Positions 9,399 to 17,258 of a stretch of 64,000 bases of DNA are shown piece by piece. Below the pieces are notes generated by a model. The model was not told the origin of the DNA and searched no databases. It worked only from the letters and a program-made list of their open reading frames with translations. Every line of letters starts with the position of its first letter. The first letter of the stretch is position 1. A program made the position numbers and the translations under genes. The stretch is taken from IMG/VR virus record IMGVR_UViG_3300050821_009835, positions 124,001-188,000 of that record; one strand, written 5' to 3'.

Positions 9399-9743
9399 TT
9401 ATTCGTACCGGATCAAATACATCGACGGTGCAACGTCATGGACTTCTTGCTGCGATGGTCTTAGCTTCTGACCTTTGCGCTTGAACTCCACAAACAAAAC
9501 TTTACCATCTTTAATGGCAACACGATCGCATACAACCGTGGGTGAGAAGACTTTATACCCCTCTTCTCTCAGCTTCGCAGCCATTGCTTCTTCGGCGGCG
9601 AGTTGATTTCGTCTAGATTGGCTTCCCGTCTCAGACGTAAAAGGCTTCACAGGCTTGTTATGATTCTTCCCACGAAAAGCCTCTAAATTCCTACGTCCCG
9701 CTGCAATCCAAGCGGCGTTGCTTGAACCTTTTGTTGCTTTCAT
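9399..9743 (-). CDS. Free-standing PD-(D/E)XK (VRR-NUC-like) endonuclease
   Basis: CDRVAIKDGKVLFVEFK...LRPSQ motif; lies between tRNAs. Confidence 0.65.
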   Translation of the reverse strand: MKATKGSSNAAWIAAGRRNLEAFRGKNHNKPVKPFTSETGSQSRRNQLAAEEAMAAKLREEGYKVFSPTVVCDRVAIKDGKVLFVEFKRKGQKLRPSQQEVHDVAPSMYLIRYE

Positions 9744-9761
9744 CTCTATTCAATACTTAAT

Positions 9762-10061
9762 TCAATACTTAATAGTTTTGTCGTGTCGTCTAAATTCATT
9801 TTGTGACTCAGCCAATTTTCTGGCGTTACGACGCTTTCGTTTATCCGACAAATACTTAGCAGAGTGGCACATTCTACAGCCACAATTCAAATTGAATTTG
9901 GCGTACTTACCCCACTGCATTTCCGCCAACCATTTCCGATTAGACTCGCTGCCTATACTATACGAGCCACATGACCAAATTCGGGTAACAATGAACTTTC
10001 TACGAGAAATAATACCCTCTCGTACAGTCCGCCGCTCCTGACGGTTACTTGGATGATTCAT
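9762..10061 (-). CDS. Hypothetical basic protein
   Basis: 99 aa, AAGGAGG RBS, CGCRMCH motif. Confidence 0.5.
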   Translation of the reverse strand: MNHPSNRQERRTVREGIISRRKFIVTRIWSCGSYSIGSESNRKWLAEMQWGKYAKFNLNCGCRMCHSAKYLSDKRKRRNARKLAESQNEFRRHDKTIKY

Positions 10062-10230
10062 GACCTGCCTCCTTGAACGGCTACTATGCCGCTTGAGTAG
10101 TGTTAGCCATGAATCCTCCTTAGAAATTTGCCGAGTATCCGATACTGTGTTTGGGCAGTTAATCGCCTCTGCTTGCTTTGGCGCTATAGCCTCGGAAGGG
10201 TCCGCAGATTCTCGGCGTCCCTAACAAGTT

Positions 10231-10305
10231 TGGAGCCGCTAGAATGGTATGAACCATCCGACCCCCGGACTAAATGTCCGGTGCTCTACTCTGAGCTATA
10301 GCGGC
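10231..10305 (-). tRNA. Atypical tRNA-Lys(TTT)-like
   Basis: All four stems pair and CCA is encoded, but A33, D loop lacks GG, and T loop is 6 nt (TTCATA). Confidence 0.6.
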
Positions 10306-10324
10306 CTGTTTATATGAGTCCTTG

Positions 10325-10396
10325 TCAGACTCTCTTAATAAGCCATACGATCAAAACAATTACGATGATGGTTCCTAATACGCCTAAACCTAGCAT
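10325..10396 (-). CDS. 23-aa single-TM small protein (MLGLGVLGTIIVIVLIVWLIKRV)
   Basis: Strong AAGGAGG RBS, fully hydrophobic core; below the ORF-track cutoff. Confidence 0.55.
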   Translation of the reverse strand: MLGLGVLGTIIVIVLIVWLIKRV

Positions 10397-10446
10397 GTGA
10401 CCTCCTTATTACTGCATTACTGCACTACAGCGGTATACATGAGGTT

Positions 10447-10950
10447 CTAGAAGTTAAAATCATCGCTTAGATTCACTTCTTTACTCGGCGCGGACAATTC
10501 ATTAAGTAAGAGATTCTGAACTCCATTGCACTTTAGAATCGGTGTCCGATAAATTCCTTTGTTGCCCAAATATGACTGAAAACTTCCATTTCTAGGAGCT
10601 GAACTCGCAAAGGTTCGATCGAATTGCTCTTTGAACGGTACTCTTGGAGAATCCGCGAAAAGCGATGGACCCTCAAACTGGTGCTTCTGATATTCTTCCA
10701 AAGAACCGTACTTCTCTACTCCCGCTGCTACCTCTCCAGCTTCTTTCTCAAAGCCAACGAAGTTACCACTGACCGCAGCTGCGATTTTTACAGCTGAAAT
10801 ATCATCCATCGCGGCTTCGTCTTTATCAGCTGGATTTTCTGCCAGCCACAAATCTACAAATGTTAGTGGAGCATCTAATTCAGGGTGGAGATTATCGCCA
10901 TCACGCTTAACCCGTATACCTCGTGCTTCCACAGCAAATTTCATGGTCAA
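10447..10950 (-). CDS. Hypothetical protein
   Basis: 167 aa with AGGGAG RBS. Confidence 0.55.
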   Translation of the reverse strand: MTMKFAVEARGIRVKRDGDNLHPELDAPLTFVDLWLAENPADKDEAAMDDISAVKIAAAVSGNFVGFEKEAGEVAAGVEKYGSLEEYQKHQFEGPSLFADSPRVPFKEQFDRTFASSAPRNGSFQSYLGNKGIYRTPILKCNGVQNLLLNELSAPSKEVNLSDDFNF

Positions 10951-11027
10951 TCTCCCTGTGTATAGTACTCGGAATTGACCAAACCTTTTACCAGTTCCCT
11001 TTTACGTGTCCGTGCTCTGAGATATTT

Positions 11028-11104
11028 TGGTCGGGAATACAGGATTTTAACCTGTGACCCCTCGCGCCCAAGGCGAGTGCTCTAACAAGCTGAGCTAATT
11101 CCCG
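11028..11104 (-). tRNA. tRNA-Pro(TGG), atypical T loop
   Basis: C1-G72, A73, CCA; T loop TTAAAAT; D loop lacks GG. Confidence 0.75.
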
Positions 11105-11113
11105 AAATTTACG

Positions 11114-11246
11114 GAAGCCCTCGTGCACGTGATTCCTTTTCAGGCTGAACCGTGAAGTTCTAATCCGTAACACTTACAGATGGTCTGGGCATCTCCGCCC
11201 ATCGACATCGGCGCACTCTATTCTCTGCGAATATGTGCGGGACTTC
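11114..11246 (-). ncRNA. 6S-RNA-like long hairpin with central bubble
   Basis: Closing stem GAAGTCC/GGGCTTC, asymmetric central bubble containing a GAAC/GTTC mini-hairpin, apical TGGGC/GCCCA stem. Confidence 0.45.
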
Positions 11247-11253
11247 TCTACAA

Positions 11254-11332
11254 TGGTAGCAGCGGGTGGATTTGAACCACCGATCTTTCGGTTATGGGCC
11301 GACTGCACTAGGCCAGACTGTGCTACACTGCC
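11254..11332 (-). tRNA. tRNA-Met/Ile2(CAT), C33 variant
   Basis: Cloverleaf; loop CCCATAA; CCA. Confidence 0.8.
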
Positions 11333-11339
11333 AAAATTT

Positions 11340-11417
11340 TGGTCGGGACAGCCAGATTCGAACTGGCGACCTCACCCACCCCAAGGGTGCGCGCTGACCA
11401 GACTGCGCTATGTCCCG
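11340..11417 (-). tRNA. tRNA-Pro(GGG)
   Basis: Canonical cloverleaf; loop TTGGGGT; CCA. Confidence 0.92.
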
Positions 11418-11420
11418 AAA

Positions 11421-11539
11421 CGATGTTCCAATGTAGGCGTCCTCGACAGCCTCGTGAACCCTCGACTGGCGGGTCTTTCTTTCCGTACATCCAGCCTACC
11501 TTGCGGCAGCTGGTCGGCCCAGCGACTCATGGAACATCG
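11421..11539 (-). ncRNA. Candidate ~120-nt structured ncRNA
   Basis: Perfect 10-bp closing stem CGATGTTCCA/TGGAACATCG, inner TGGGC/GCCTA and CGAC-AGC/GCTGTCG stems, GCAA tetraloop hairpin. Confidence 0.45.
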
Positions 11540-11694
11540 GTACAACCAAACTTGTTTCCAGACTTCCACTGGATGTCGTTCACCTGTACGATCCTAGAAC
11601 GTCGCGATTTGTGCTACCACTTCCCGCAAGGACGATACTTGCGGGTGAATAATGCTTTCAGCCAATTCATACTGACTTGCGCCCTCCTTGGAGG

Positions 11695-12114
11695 CTAACA
11701 AAATCGTCTGCTGAAACACTCTATACAGTCATTCTGAAAACCACTCCTCGTACTTCTGTTCTTGTGGAATTTATCAACTGAAAGAAATGCTTGGTGACCA
11801 CTACACCAAGCCATATCTTTTGGTGCTTTGTCGTATTTTGAGTGCCAAGGAATTTTTCCTTTAACACCAGCAACGTAGTTGCAACGCCTATGGCTAAATG
11901 CAATGTTATCCAAATCCCAAAATAGCGCAGGATCTATATTCTGCCAAGGCTGCTTGTGTTCTGTACTCAATTCGTCTGCAGTTTCAATCCTCCTTTGGCA
12001 ATGGAAACATGTGTCTAATCCCGCCTTTTTCACGAGGGAGAACTTAATCTGCTTTTCTAAACGGCCACAAGCTGTACTAAACGAAAGACCTAATTGCTGT
12101 GATTTCCTGTCCAT
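11695..12114 (-). CDS. HNH homing endonuclease (start revised to MDRKS; the upstream part of the listed ORF is tRNA)
   Basis: CFHC...EHKQPW...NIAFSHRRCN HNH motif. Confidence 0.75.
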   Translation of the reverse strand: MDRKSQQLGLSFSTACGRLEKQIKFSLVKKAGLDTCFHCQRRIETADELSTEHKQPWQNIDPALFWDLDNIAFSHRRCNYVAGVKGKIPWHSKYDKAPKDMAWCSGHQAFLSVDKFHKNRSTRSGFQNDCIECFSRRFC

Positions 12115-12152
12115 ATTTAAGGGCAGGAAAAACGGTTTAGTCTCACACTTAT

Positions 12153-12226
12153 TGGTCTGGAAACCGGGATTTGAACCCGGACTACACCGCCCCGAACGGT
12201 GGGTGCTACCGTTATACCATTTCCAG
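12153..12226 (-). tRNA. tRNA-Pro(CGG)
   Basis: Loop TTCGGGG, C1-G72, A73, CCA; D arm resembles tRNA-Gln. Confidence 0.8.
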
Positions 12227-12227
12227 T

Positions 12228-12302
12228 TGGTCGGCGCGGCAGGGATCGAACCTGCGTGACCTCGCTCCCAAAGCGAGTGCCTGTCCTCTAGGCTACGCAC
12301 CG
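12228..12302 (-). tRNA. tRNA-Pro(TGG)
   Basis: Cloverleaf; loop TTTGGGA; CCA. Confidence 0.9.
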
Positions 12303-12309
12303 AAACAAG

Positions 12310-12700
12310 CCCGATGCCGAAGCAGAGCGGGTACAATCGAGGCTGATGTTTTGGAATTGCCTTACTTTACAGCGGCCTCGAGCCTAGCAGCACGAGGCGG
12401 ACTCTAGAGAACGAAGTCCATGCCCTCGTGCACGGTAGGCATGCACGGTCGAATCATCGTAAATGGTCGCATGATGTTCATAAAATGACGGCAGTGGGTA
12501 ATTCTCTGAACGCTACTGCCATACGTTCCCGAGGATGTAGACTATTGAGTAAAACTTGGGTCAAGCACCCACATCTATGCTCCCCACTCAGGTACAGCAA
12601 CAACCTATAACATCAACATTCCAACAACATCAACACAGGCACGGGTGCCGGGTGATGTTCCCTGCCTGCTATTCAATTACTTCGGAAGTCAGGAAATCGG
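12310..12700 (-). ncRNA. Candidate ~390-nt structured ncRNA
   Basis: No credible ORF; hairpins GGCAGT/ACTGCC, CGTGCA/TGCACG, GGACT/AGTCC, GCCTCG/CGAGGC; TGTTG-rich tract. Confidence 0.4.
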
Positions 12701-12709
12701 GTAGGAAAA

Positions 12710-13165
12710 CTAATTTTTATCCTTAACGTTGATATACCCACGGCATTTCTTACTTCTGCATGAACAAACAACCAGCTCAGCAGCCCAATCGAAATTATAG
12801 TCTACGGTCAACTCTTCGCCTTTCTTAATAGAGCGACGGGCGACATAGTAAACTCGATGTCCGTGAAACCTAACCGTCAAATTAGGATCACAGGAATGAT
12901 TGATAAACTCTGCACCGCTGCCACCCGTGCGTCCATCAATGAGCCAATACCAAGGATCACCAATCTGCCAAATGTAGATGAGATTTTCTTCTGGTGTATC
13001 CTCAAAAAGCTGCTTGGCCGCCTTTCGGTTATAAAGGACACCTGTATATTCGATGACGTATCGTCGTGCTGGAATTTTCTCTTCAGTAATGACCCCATAA
13101 CGATGGATAGGGGACTTGATTAGCTTAAGCCGAAACCAAGCATAGTCCTGATTGATCTTAGACAA
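12710..13165 (-). CDS. SET-domain protein-lysine methyltransferase with post-SET cysteines
   Basis: SPIHRYGV, FINHSCDPN, GEELTVDYN, CSCRSKKCRG. Confidence 0.9.
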   Translation of the reverse strand: MSKINQDYAWFRLKLIKSPIHRYGVITEEKIPARRYVIEYTGVLYNRKAAKQLFEDTPEENLIYIWQIGDPWYWLIDGRTGGSGAEFINHSCDPNLTVRFHGHRVYYVARRSIKKGEELTVDYNFDWAAELVVCSCRSKKCRGYINVKDKN

Positions 13166-13712
13166 TAAAACTCCTTCGCAACTCCATCAGGAGTTTGCCC
13201 AACCAATTTTGCCCCGGCGCTTCGCACTCAGGTCTTTCACCACAAACACAATTACCCCAGAAATTGTCATGCCAAGTGTTTCCCTCTACCAATTCAGCAG
13301 AAAACGAGGCCATTAGTTTCCGCTTGAGGATACTATACGTGAATTTTTGTTGGAGTAAGTCACGCATGATAGGGATGTTTACTTGAAACCAATCCTTCCT
13401 AACCCTGGACTTCATGTTGGCCGCCATGCGCTTGGCCTGTCCCGGTTTTAACCCCTCATAACGAAACCGTGCTCGGATTTCCGGGTCTAGGAACTTAGCA
13501 GCTTGGTAGGCATGTTCCGTAGAGTCATAGACCTCTTCCGTATATGTGGTACCAGGCACGGCATAATGAGTCATCCCACCCCAAACCAGAGTCTGGCCAC
13601 CCAGCCCAACTCTAGCAACAAACAGCTTGACCTTAACCGGGCCATAGAAATTAGAATAGACAAACCACGGGCCTTCAAAACGATCGATTAAAGTTGGGAG
13701 CTGTACTGTCAT
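13158..13712 (-). CDS. NADAR (YbiA-like) family protein
   Basis: SNFY, STEHAYQAAKF, QKF, LVEGNTWHDNFWG, GQNWLGKLLMELR. Confidence 0.9.
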   Translation of the reverse strand: MTVQLPTLIDRFEGPWFVYSNFYGPVKVKLFVARVGLGGQTLVWGGMTHYAVPGTTYTEEVYDSTEHAYQAAKFLDPEIRARFRYEGLKPGQAKRMAANMKSRVRKDWFQVNIPIMRDLLQQKFTYSILKRKLMASFSAELVEGNTWHDNFWGNCVCGERPECEAPGQNWLGKLLMELRRSFIV

Positions 13713-13951
13713 TTCAATTTCGCTGCGATAGCCTCGATTCCGAGACCCTTAAAGACAACTGGAATATCTTCCAAACCGTAATCCGCCATGCACCCAGCCA
13801 ATTCGCGCTCGGGAACTGATTCATGGTCATCAGCCGGACAGTATTGCCCACCATCCTCAGTGCTAGGATGATAGTCGAATCCATTCATTTTGATCTTGGG
13901 TTCGTTGGCGAGACAATAGTAACATTTAACCATTGATCCCAAACCTCGCAA
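13709..13951 (-). CDS. Hypothetical protein
   Basis: ATGA overlap with the NADAR gene. Confidence 0.45.
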   Translation of the reverse strand: MRGLGSMVKCYYCLANEPKIKMNGFDYHPSTEDGGQYCPADDHESVPERELAGCMADYGLEDIPVVFKGLGIEAIAAKLK

Positions 13952-14291
13952 CTTCTAAAAAACGAATGAGTTGTCCTAGAGGAAAATCTTCAACTCTCTT
14001 AGGATCGGCTACAGTTTCAAACCAATTTTCAGCAACCAGAGCTAGTTGGTGAAACCCGGTACGACACCCAGAGGGATTTGGCCAATCTGAATAAGCATAA
14101 TCGCAGTCTGTCCCAAAATGAAGCAGGCGATGCAGTCTATCAGACAGCAATTCAGTGCTGGTGAAGGCCTCCCGACGCTTTATCTCAACATTGAGTTCAG
14201 CAACCTCCATGGTAGCATTCGAAAATCGCGCCCGTAAAATCTCCATGGGCATTCCCTTCACAGAACCATAATACTCTGCTAGCTTATTCAT
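13926..14291 (-). CDS. Hypothetical protein
   Basis: 121 aa in the operon. Confidence 0.5.
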   Translation of the reverse strand: MNKLAEYYGSVKGMPMEILRARFSNATMEVAELNVEIKRREAFTSTELLSDRLHRLLHFGTDCDYAYSDWPNPSGCRTGFHQLALVAENWFETVADPKRVEDFPLGQLIRFLEVARFGING

Positions 14292-14586
14292 TGTGTTCTT
14301 TCTGTAACTCCTGAACGGCTTCAGCTAACTGGAGGAAAAGGCTATACAAACAGCCAATTTCATGACCGACATCCAAGTTGTCAGCATCCCAAACAATATG
14401 CTCAGGGTCAGCAAACAGTCGATGAGCCGAGTAAGCGCGGCGTTCACTACGATATTTGAGACACTCCAATCGCGATGTAGCTGAATCGATGGTGTGTTTT
14501 AGAGCTTTTGTATTAACTTGCACGAAATCTCCAATGAGAGGTTGGATTCCTACCATGAAAAGAGACCCAGAGTCTCGACCTCTCAT
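14284..14586 (-). CDS. Hypothetical protein
   Basis: 100 aa in the operon. Confidence 0.45.
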   Translation of the reverse strand: MRGRDSGSLFMVGIQPLIGDFVQVNTKALKHTIDSATSRLECLKYRSERRAYSAHRLFADPEHIVWDADNLDVGHEIGCLYSLFLQLAEAVQELQKEHNE

Positions 14587-14603
14587 TGATATTCTACTGA
14601 GGT

Positions 14604-14911
14604 TTAAGTTGATTCAGGTAATTTGGCAAGAACTTCATCCATTTTCGCGAGCAACTTTTCCATGCGCTCACGATCTAAGTCATTCTGCCGGTTATTAGAC
14701 ATCATGATCAGCGGATTCTGAAATGTGCTGATGATTGTTAAGATCCAATTGAGGAAAAGAAACGGGTAGGGATCAAAGGTTGTTTTGTGATAAAGATTTA
14801 CGAAGACCCAGAGGATGCTTGCCCCCCTCCGAACCATGCAATGAAAGGCCAGCTGCCACTAAACTCCGTAACGATGTCAGCCCACTTCTGAGCAAATGTA
14901 CGATTTTCCAA
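14604..14911 (-). pseudogene. DUF1003-like membrane protein split by a frameshift at a G6 run
   Basis: Upstream frame ..ADIVTEFSGSWPFIAWFGG joins downstream ASILWVFVN..FDPYPFLFLN..QNPLIMMSNNRQ. Confidence 0.65.
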
Positions 14912-15090
14912 TTCTCATAACCCTCCTTGGTTGAGATAGCCTCGCGGCTAACCGCTGTTACACTTACCGCTTTTAGAAAAGCTGAAGTGTCAATACTAAG
15001 AAATTAGCGAATTGAGAATTGGTGGGGGAAGTATCCCACTGTAAGGATGGAGTGCGATTCCACTATGCCTTGCCGAGTTTCCCTGAATTT

Positions 15091-15179
15091 TGGTACCGGG
15101 TAGGAGAGTCGAACTCCTAAAGAGCTTGCGCTCCACTAGGGCTTGAGCCTAGCGCGTTTTCCATTTCCGCCAACCCGGC
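15091..15179 (-). tRNA. tRNA-Leu(CAA)
   Basis: Class II cloverleaf; loop CTCAAGC; CCA. Confidence 0.88.
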
Positions 15180-15765
15180 AATAATTTGGTGTCTGTGAAT
15201 GACAGTTAGGGCACAAATATACCAGATTCTCACGCTGTTCATTGCCGTGATTCCCGTCTACGTGGTGAATCTCTAAAACCAATTCCCGATTACACCACCA
15301 ACTACTCAAACCACAGTATCCACAGACACTCCCCTGCTCACGTAAGACTCTACGGTACCTTTCCGCCCTCGGAGCCTTTTCCCAGGACGCCCCAGCTATC
15401 CTAGCTCTAACTGTGTCGTGCCCTCTGTGCCTTGTTTCTAAGGTAAAAGGAATTCTAACTTCTTTCGGAACCTCATCTTTACAGTGAAGAACGTGAGCAC
15501 AATACCCCTGTTTATCTTTTTTACGCCACCAACCCTTACAGTTTGAGCATTGATACTTATAGCGTCGAGGATCAAACCCAGTTTGAAACTGATTTCCTCC
15601 TATAGTACGCCCCTTCAAACTTAGAGCTATTTTAAGATTGATTTCTCCTCGATTTTCTCTTGTGCTAAAACCTCGAGCACATTTCTCTCCACAGAACCGT
15701 CCGCTCCCGTAGGAGCCGTCATGCGAACTTCCACAATTTTCACATTCTCTAAATGTGTCTGCCAT
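15136..15765 (-). CDS. HNH homing endonuclease whose 3' end overlaps tRNA-Leu(CAA)
   Basis: CGYCG..LEIHHVDGNHGN..NLVYLCPNCHSQT; N-terminal CENCG..GRFC..C zinc module. Confidence 0.85.
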   Translation of the reverse strand: MADTFRECENCGSSHDGSYGSGRFCGEKCARGFSTRENRGEINLKIALSLKGRTIGGNQFQTGFDPRRYKYQCSNCKGWWRKKDKQGYCAHVLHCKDEVPKEVRIPFTLETRHRGHDTVRARIAGASWEKAPRAERYRRVLREQGSVCGYCGLSSWWCNRELVLEIHHVDGNHGNEQRENLVYLCPNCHSQTPNYCRVGGNGKRARLKP

Positions 15766-15800
15766 ACTACCCTCTAATAGAGGATAGAAAGCTCAAACAT

Positions 15801-15884
15801 TGGTACCTGGTGAGGGATTTGAACCCTCAAACCTTTCGGTACGGGTTTCTAAAACCCGCGTGTATGCCGTTCCACCAACCAGGC
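15801..15884 (-). tRNA. tRNA-Leu(TAG)
   Basis: Class II cloverleaf; loop TTTAGAA; CCA. Confidence 0.9.
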
Positions 15885-15969
15885 AAATTCATTGAGACCT
15901 ACCCGGCATCCGTCGTTCGCTAACGCACGTTCCGGCACCCTTACGAGCGGCTTGACCCGGTCTCAAATT

Positions 15970-16055
15970 TGGTGCATCCGAGAGGAATCGAACCTCCACC
16001 CCATTGCTGGGACTGGCACCTCAAGCCAGCGCGGCTTCCTTTACGCCACGGGTGC
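15970..16055 (-). tRNA. tRNA-Leu(GAG)
   Basis: Class II cloverleaf; loop TTGAGGT; CCA. Confidence 0.88.
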
Positions 16056-16066
16056 AAACTTAAGTT

Positions 16067-16146
16067 TGGTGCGCAAGGTGGGCTTCGAACCCACAAATCC
16101 GCTGATTCTGAATCAACGAGGTATTCCAAATTCCCGTCACTTGCGC
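16067..16146 (-). tRNA. tRNA-Leu(CAG) lacking the long variable arm
   Basis: Loop TTCAGAA; Leu-like D loop; variable region only ~6 nt; CCA. Confidence 0.8.
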
Positions 16147-16159
16147 GAACATCTAAATC

Positions 16160-16249
16160 TGGTGGCGCATATAGGATTCGAACCTATTCAGGCCGCTAGG
16201 GCCACGAGTTTTACAGACTCGCGAGACTCTCCCACTTCCCCGATACGCC
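16160..16249 (-). tRNA. tRNA-Tyr(GTA)
   Basis: Class II cloverleaf; loop CTGTAAA; CCA. Confidence 0.88.
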
Positions 16250-16269
16250 ATATTCCGAACAATAAAAAT

Positions 16270-16288
16270 GCCGACCATTAAGGTCGGC
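16270..16288 (-). terminator. Intrinsic terminator at the upstream edge of tRNA cluster 1
   Basis: GCCGACC/GGTCGGC hairpin followed by ATTTTTATT. Confidence 0.55.
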
Positions 16289-16525
16289 TGCTTTCCTCTA
16301 ATCTACGTCTCTGTTATCCGACGCAGACCTCGGCGCAGCCGCTGGTAAGCAGTAAATATAGATACAAGTTGGCTGCGATATTCTTCATATTGATATAATA
16401 CTAGGAAGTTAAGAATTTCAGCTAAATTAGCGATTCCGCATATCGGCGCAGGACGGCGGCGAGTTTCGGTGGGTCTTTGCGAAGCTGGAAATTGTACCAG
16501 TCGTGCCACGAGTCCCAGTCCATGC

Positions 16526-16780
16526 TCATGAACGGCGCGAGCGAATCGCGCATGACATAGAATGCCTGAAGATGTTGACCGTAATAGTTTTTCTCGGACT
16601 GACCAGCCCGTCGCTCCTCATGGAGCTGAACGACTGGTCAAGTTGAACAACCGGGCGGCGGCGGATAGAACGGTCTGTACCCACCATTGTAGAAGCTATA
16701 GCGAGAGCCTCAGCTGCTGTGAGTTTAGGATCGGTTGCCGCTACATAAGGTTTGGGCGATTTGCGACGAGGAACTGCCAT
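16526..16780 (-). CDS. Hypothetical protein
   Basis: 84 aa in the operon. Confidence 0.45.
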   Translation of the reverse strand: MAVPRRKSPKPYVAATDPKLTAAEALAIASTMVGTDRSIRRRPVVQLDQSFSSMRSDGLVSPRKTITVNIFRHSMSCAIRSRRS

Positions 16781-16784
16781 TGGT

Positions 16785-17258
16785 CTAAACTACGGCGGGC
16801 AGGAGGGATTTGACTAATTGTTGACCTTCTGGGAGTAACGTCGTTTCGGCTACATCAAAAATTTCGGGAACGTGAACGATTAGCTTAGATTCATCTTTAT
16901 GGGGATCGTGTATTTTGACACCGTCCATATAGAAATGCTCGTCCAACTCATGCAACTCAAATCGTCGAAGCATGTTGTAAATTGCACGTCCATGCAAGTC
17001 CATGTCCATGTCTGCAAAAAGAGTTGGCCCAGGAAGACCCAAATCGATAAGATTACCTGTAACGGTATCCTTGACCTTGACCGTCAAAAAGATGAAAATT
17101 GAAGAATCATCACGGTATAAGTCCATCCTCTTGTAATCTTTTTGCAATGTCCAAGTGCAGTCTCTTTGCCGATACTCCATCCGTTCCAACAGATCTTTCA
17201 AGCGAGCTGCTAGGGGACTCACTTGATGGAGATGATCCGGCTCGCAAATCACTTTCAT
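16785..17258 (-). CDS. Hypothetical protein
   Basis: 157 aa. Confidence 0.5.
   Translation of the reverse strand: MKVICEPDHLHQVSPLAARLKDLLERMEYRQRDCTWTLQKDYKRMDLYRDDSSIFIFLTVKVKDTVTGNLIDLGLPGPTLFADMDMDLHGRAIYNMLRRFELHELDEHFYMDGVKIHDPHKDESKLIVHVPEIFDVAETTLLPEGQQLVKSLLPAVV

Noticed and set aside
11527-11670. Third amber-readthrough ORF (MNWLKALF..CGKW*..)
   Set aside because: No recognisable domain; the extension overlaps the closing stem of a structured RNA
15020-15084. Extra tRNA ending in ACCA
   Set aside because: Only a partial acceptor and one hairpin; no T loop or D arm; at best a decayed remnant
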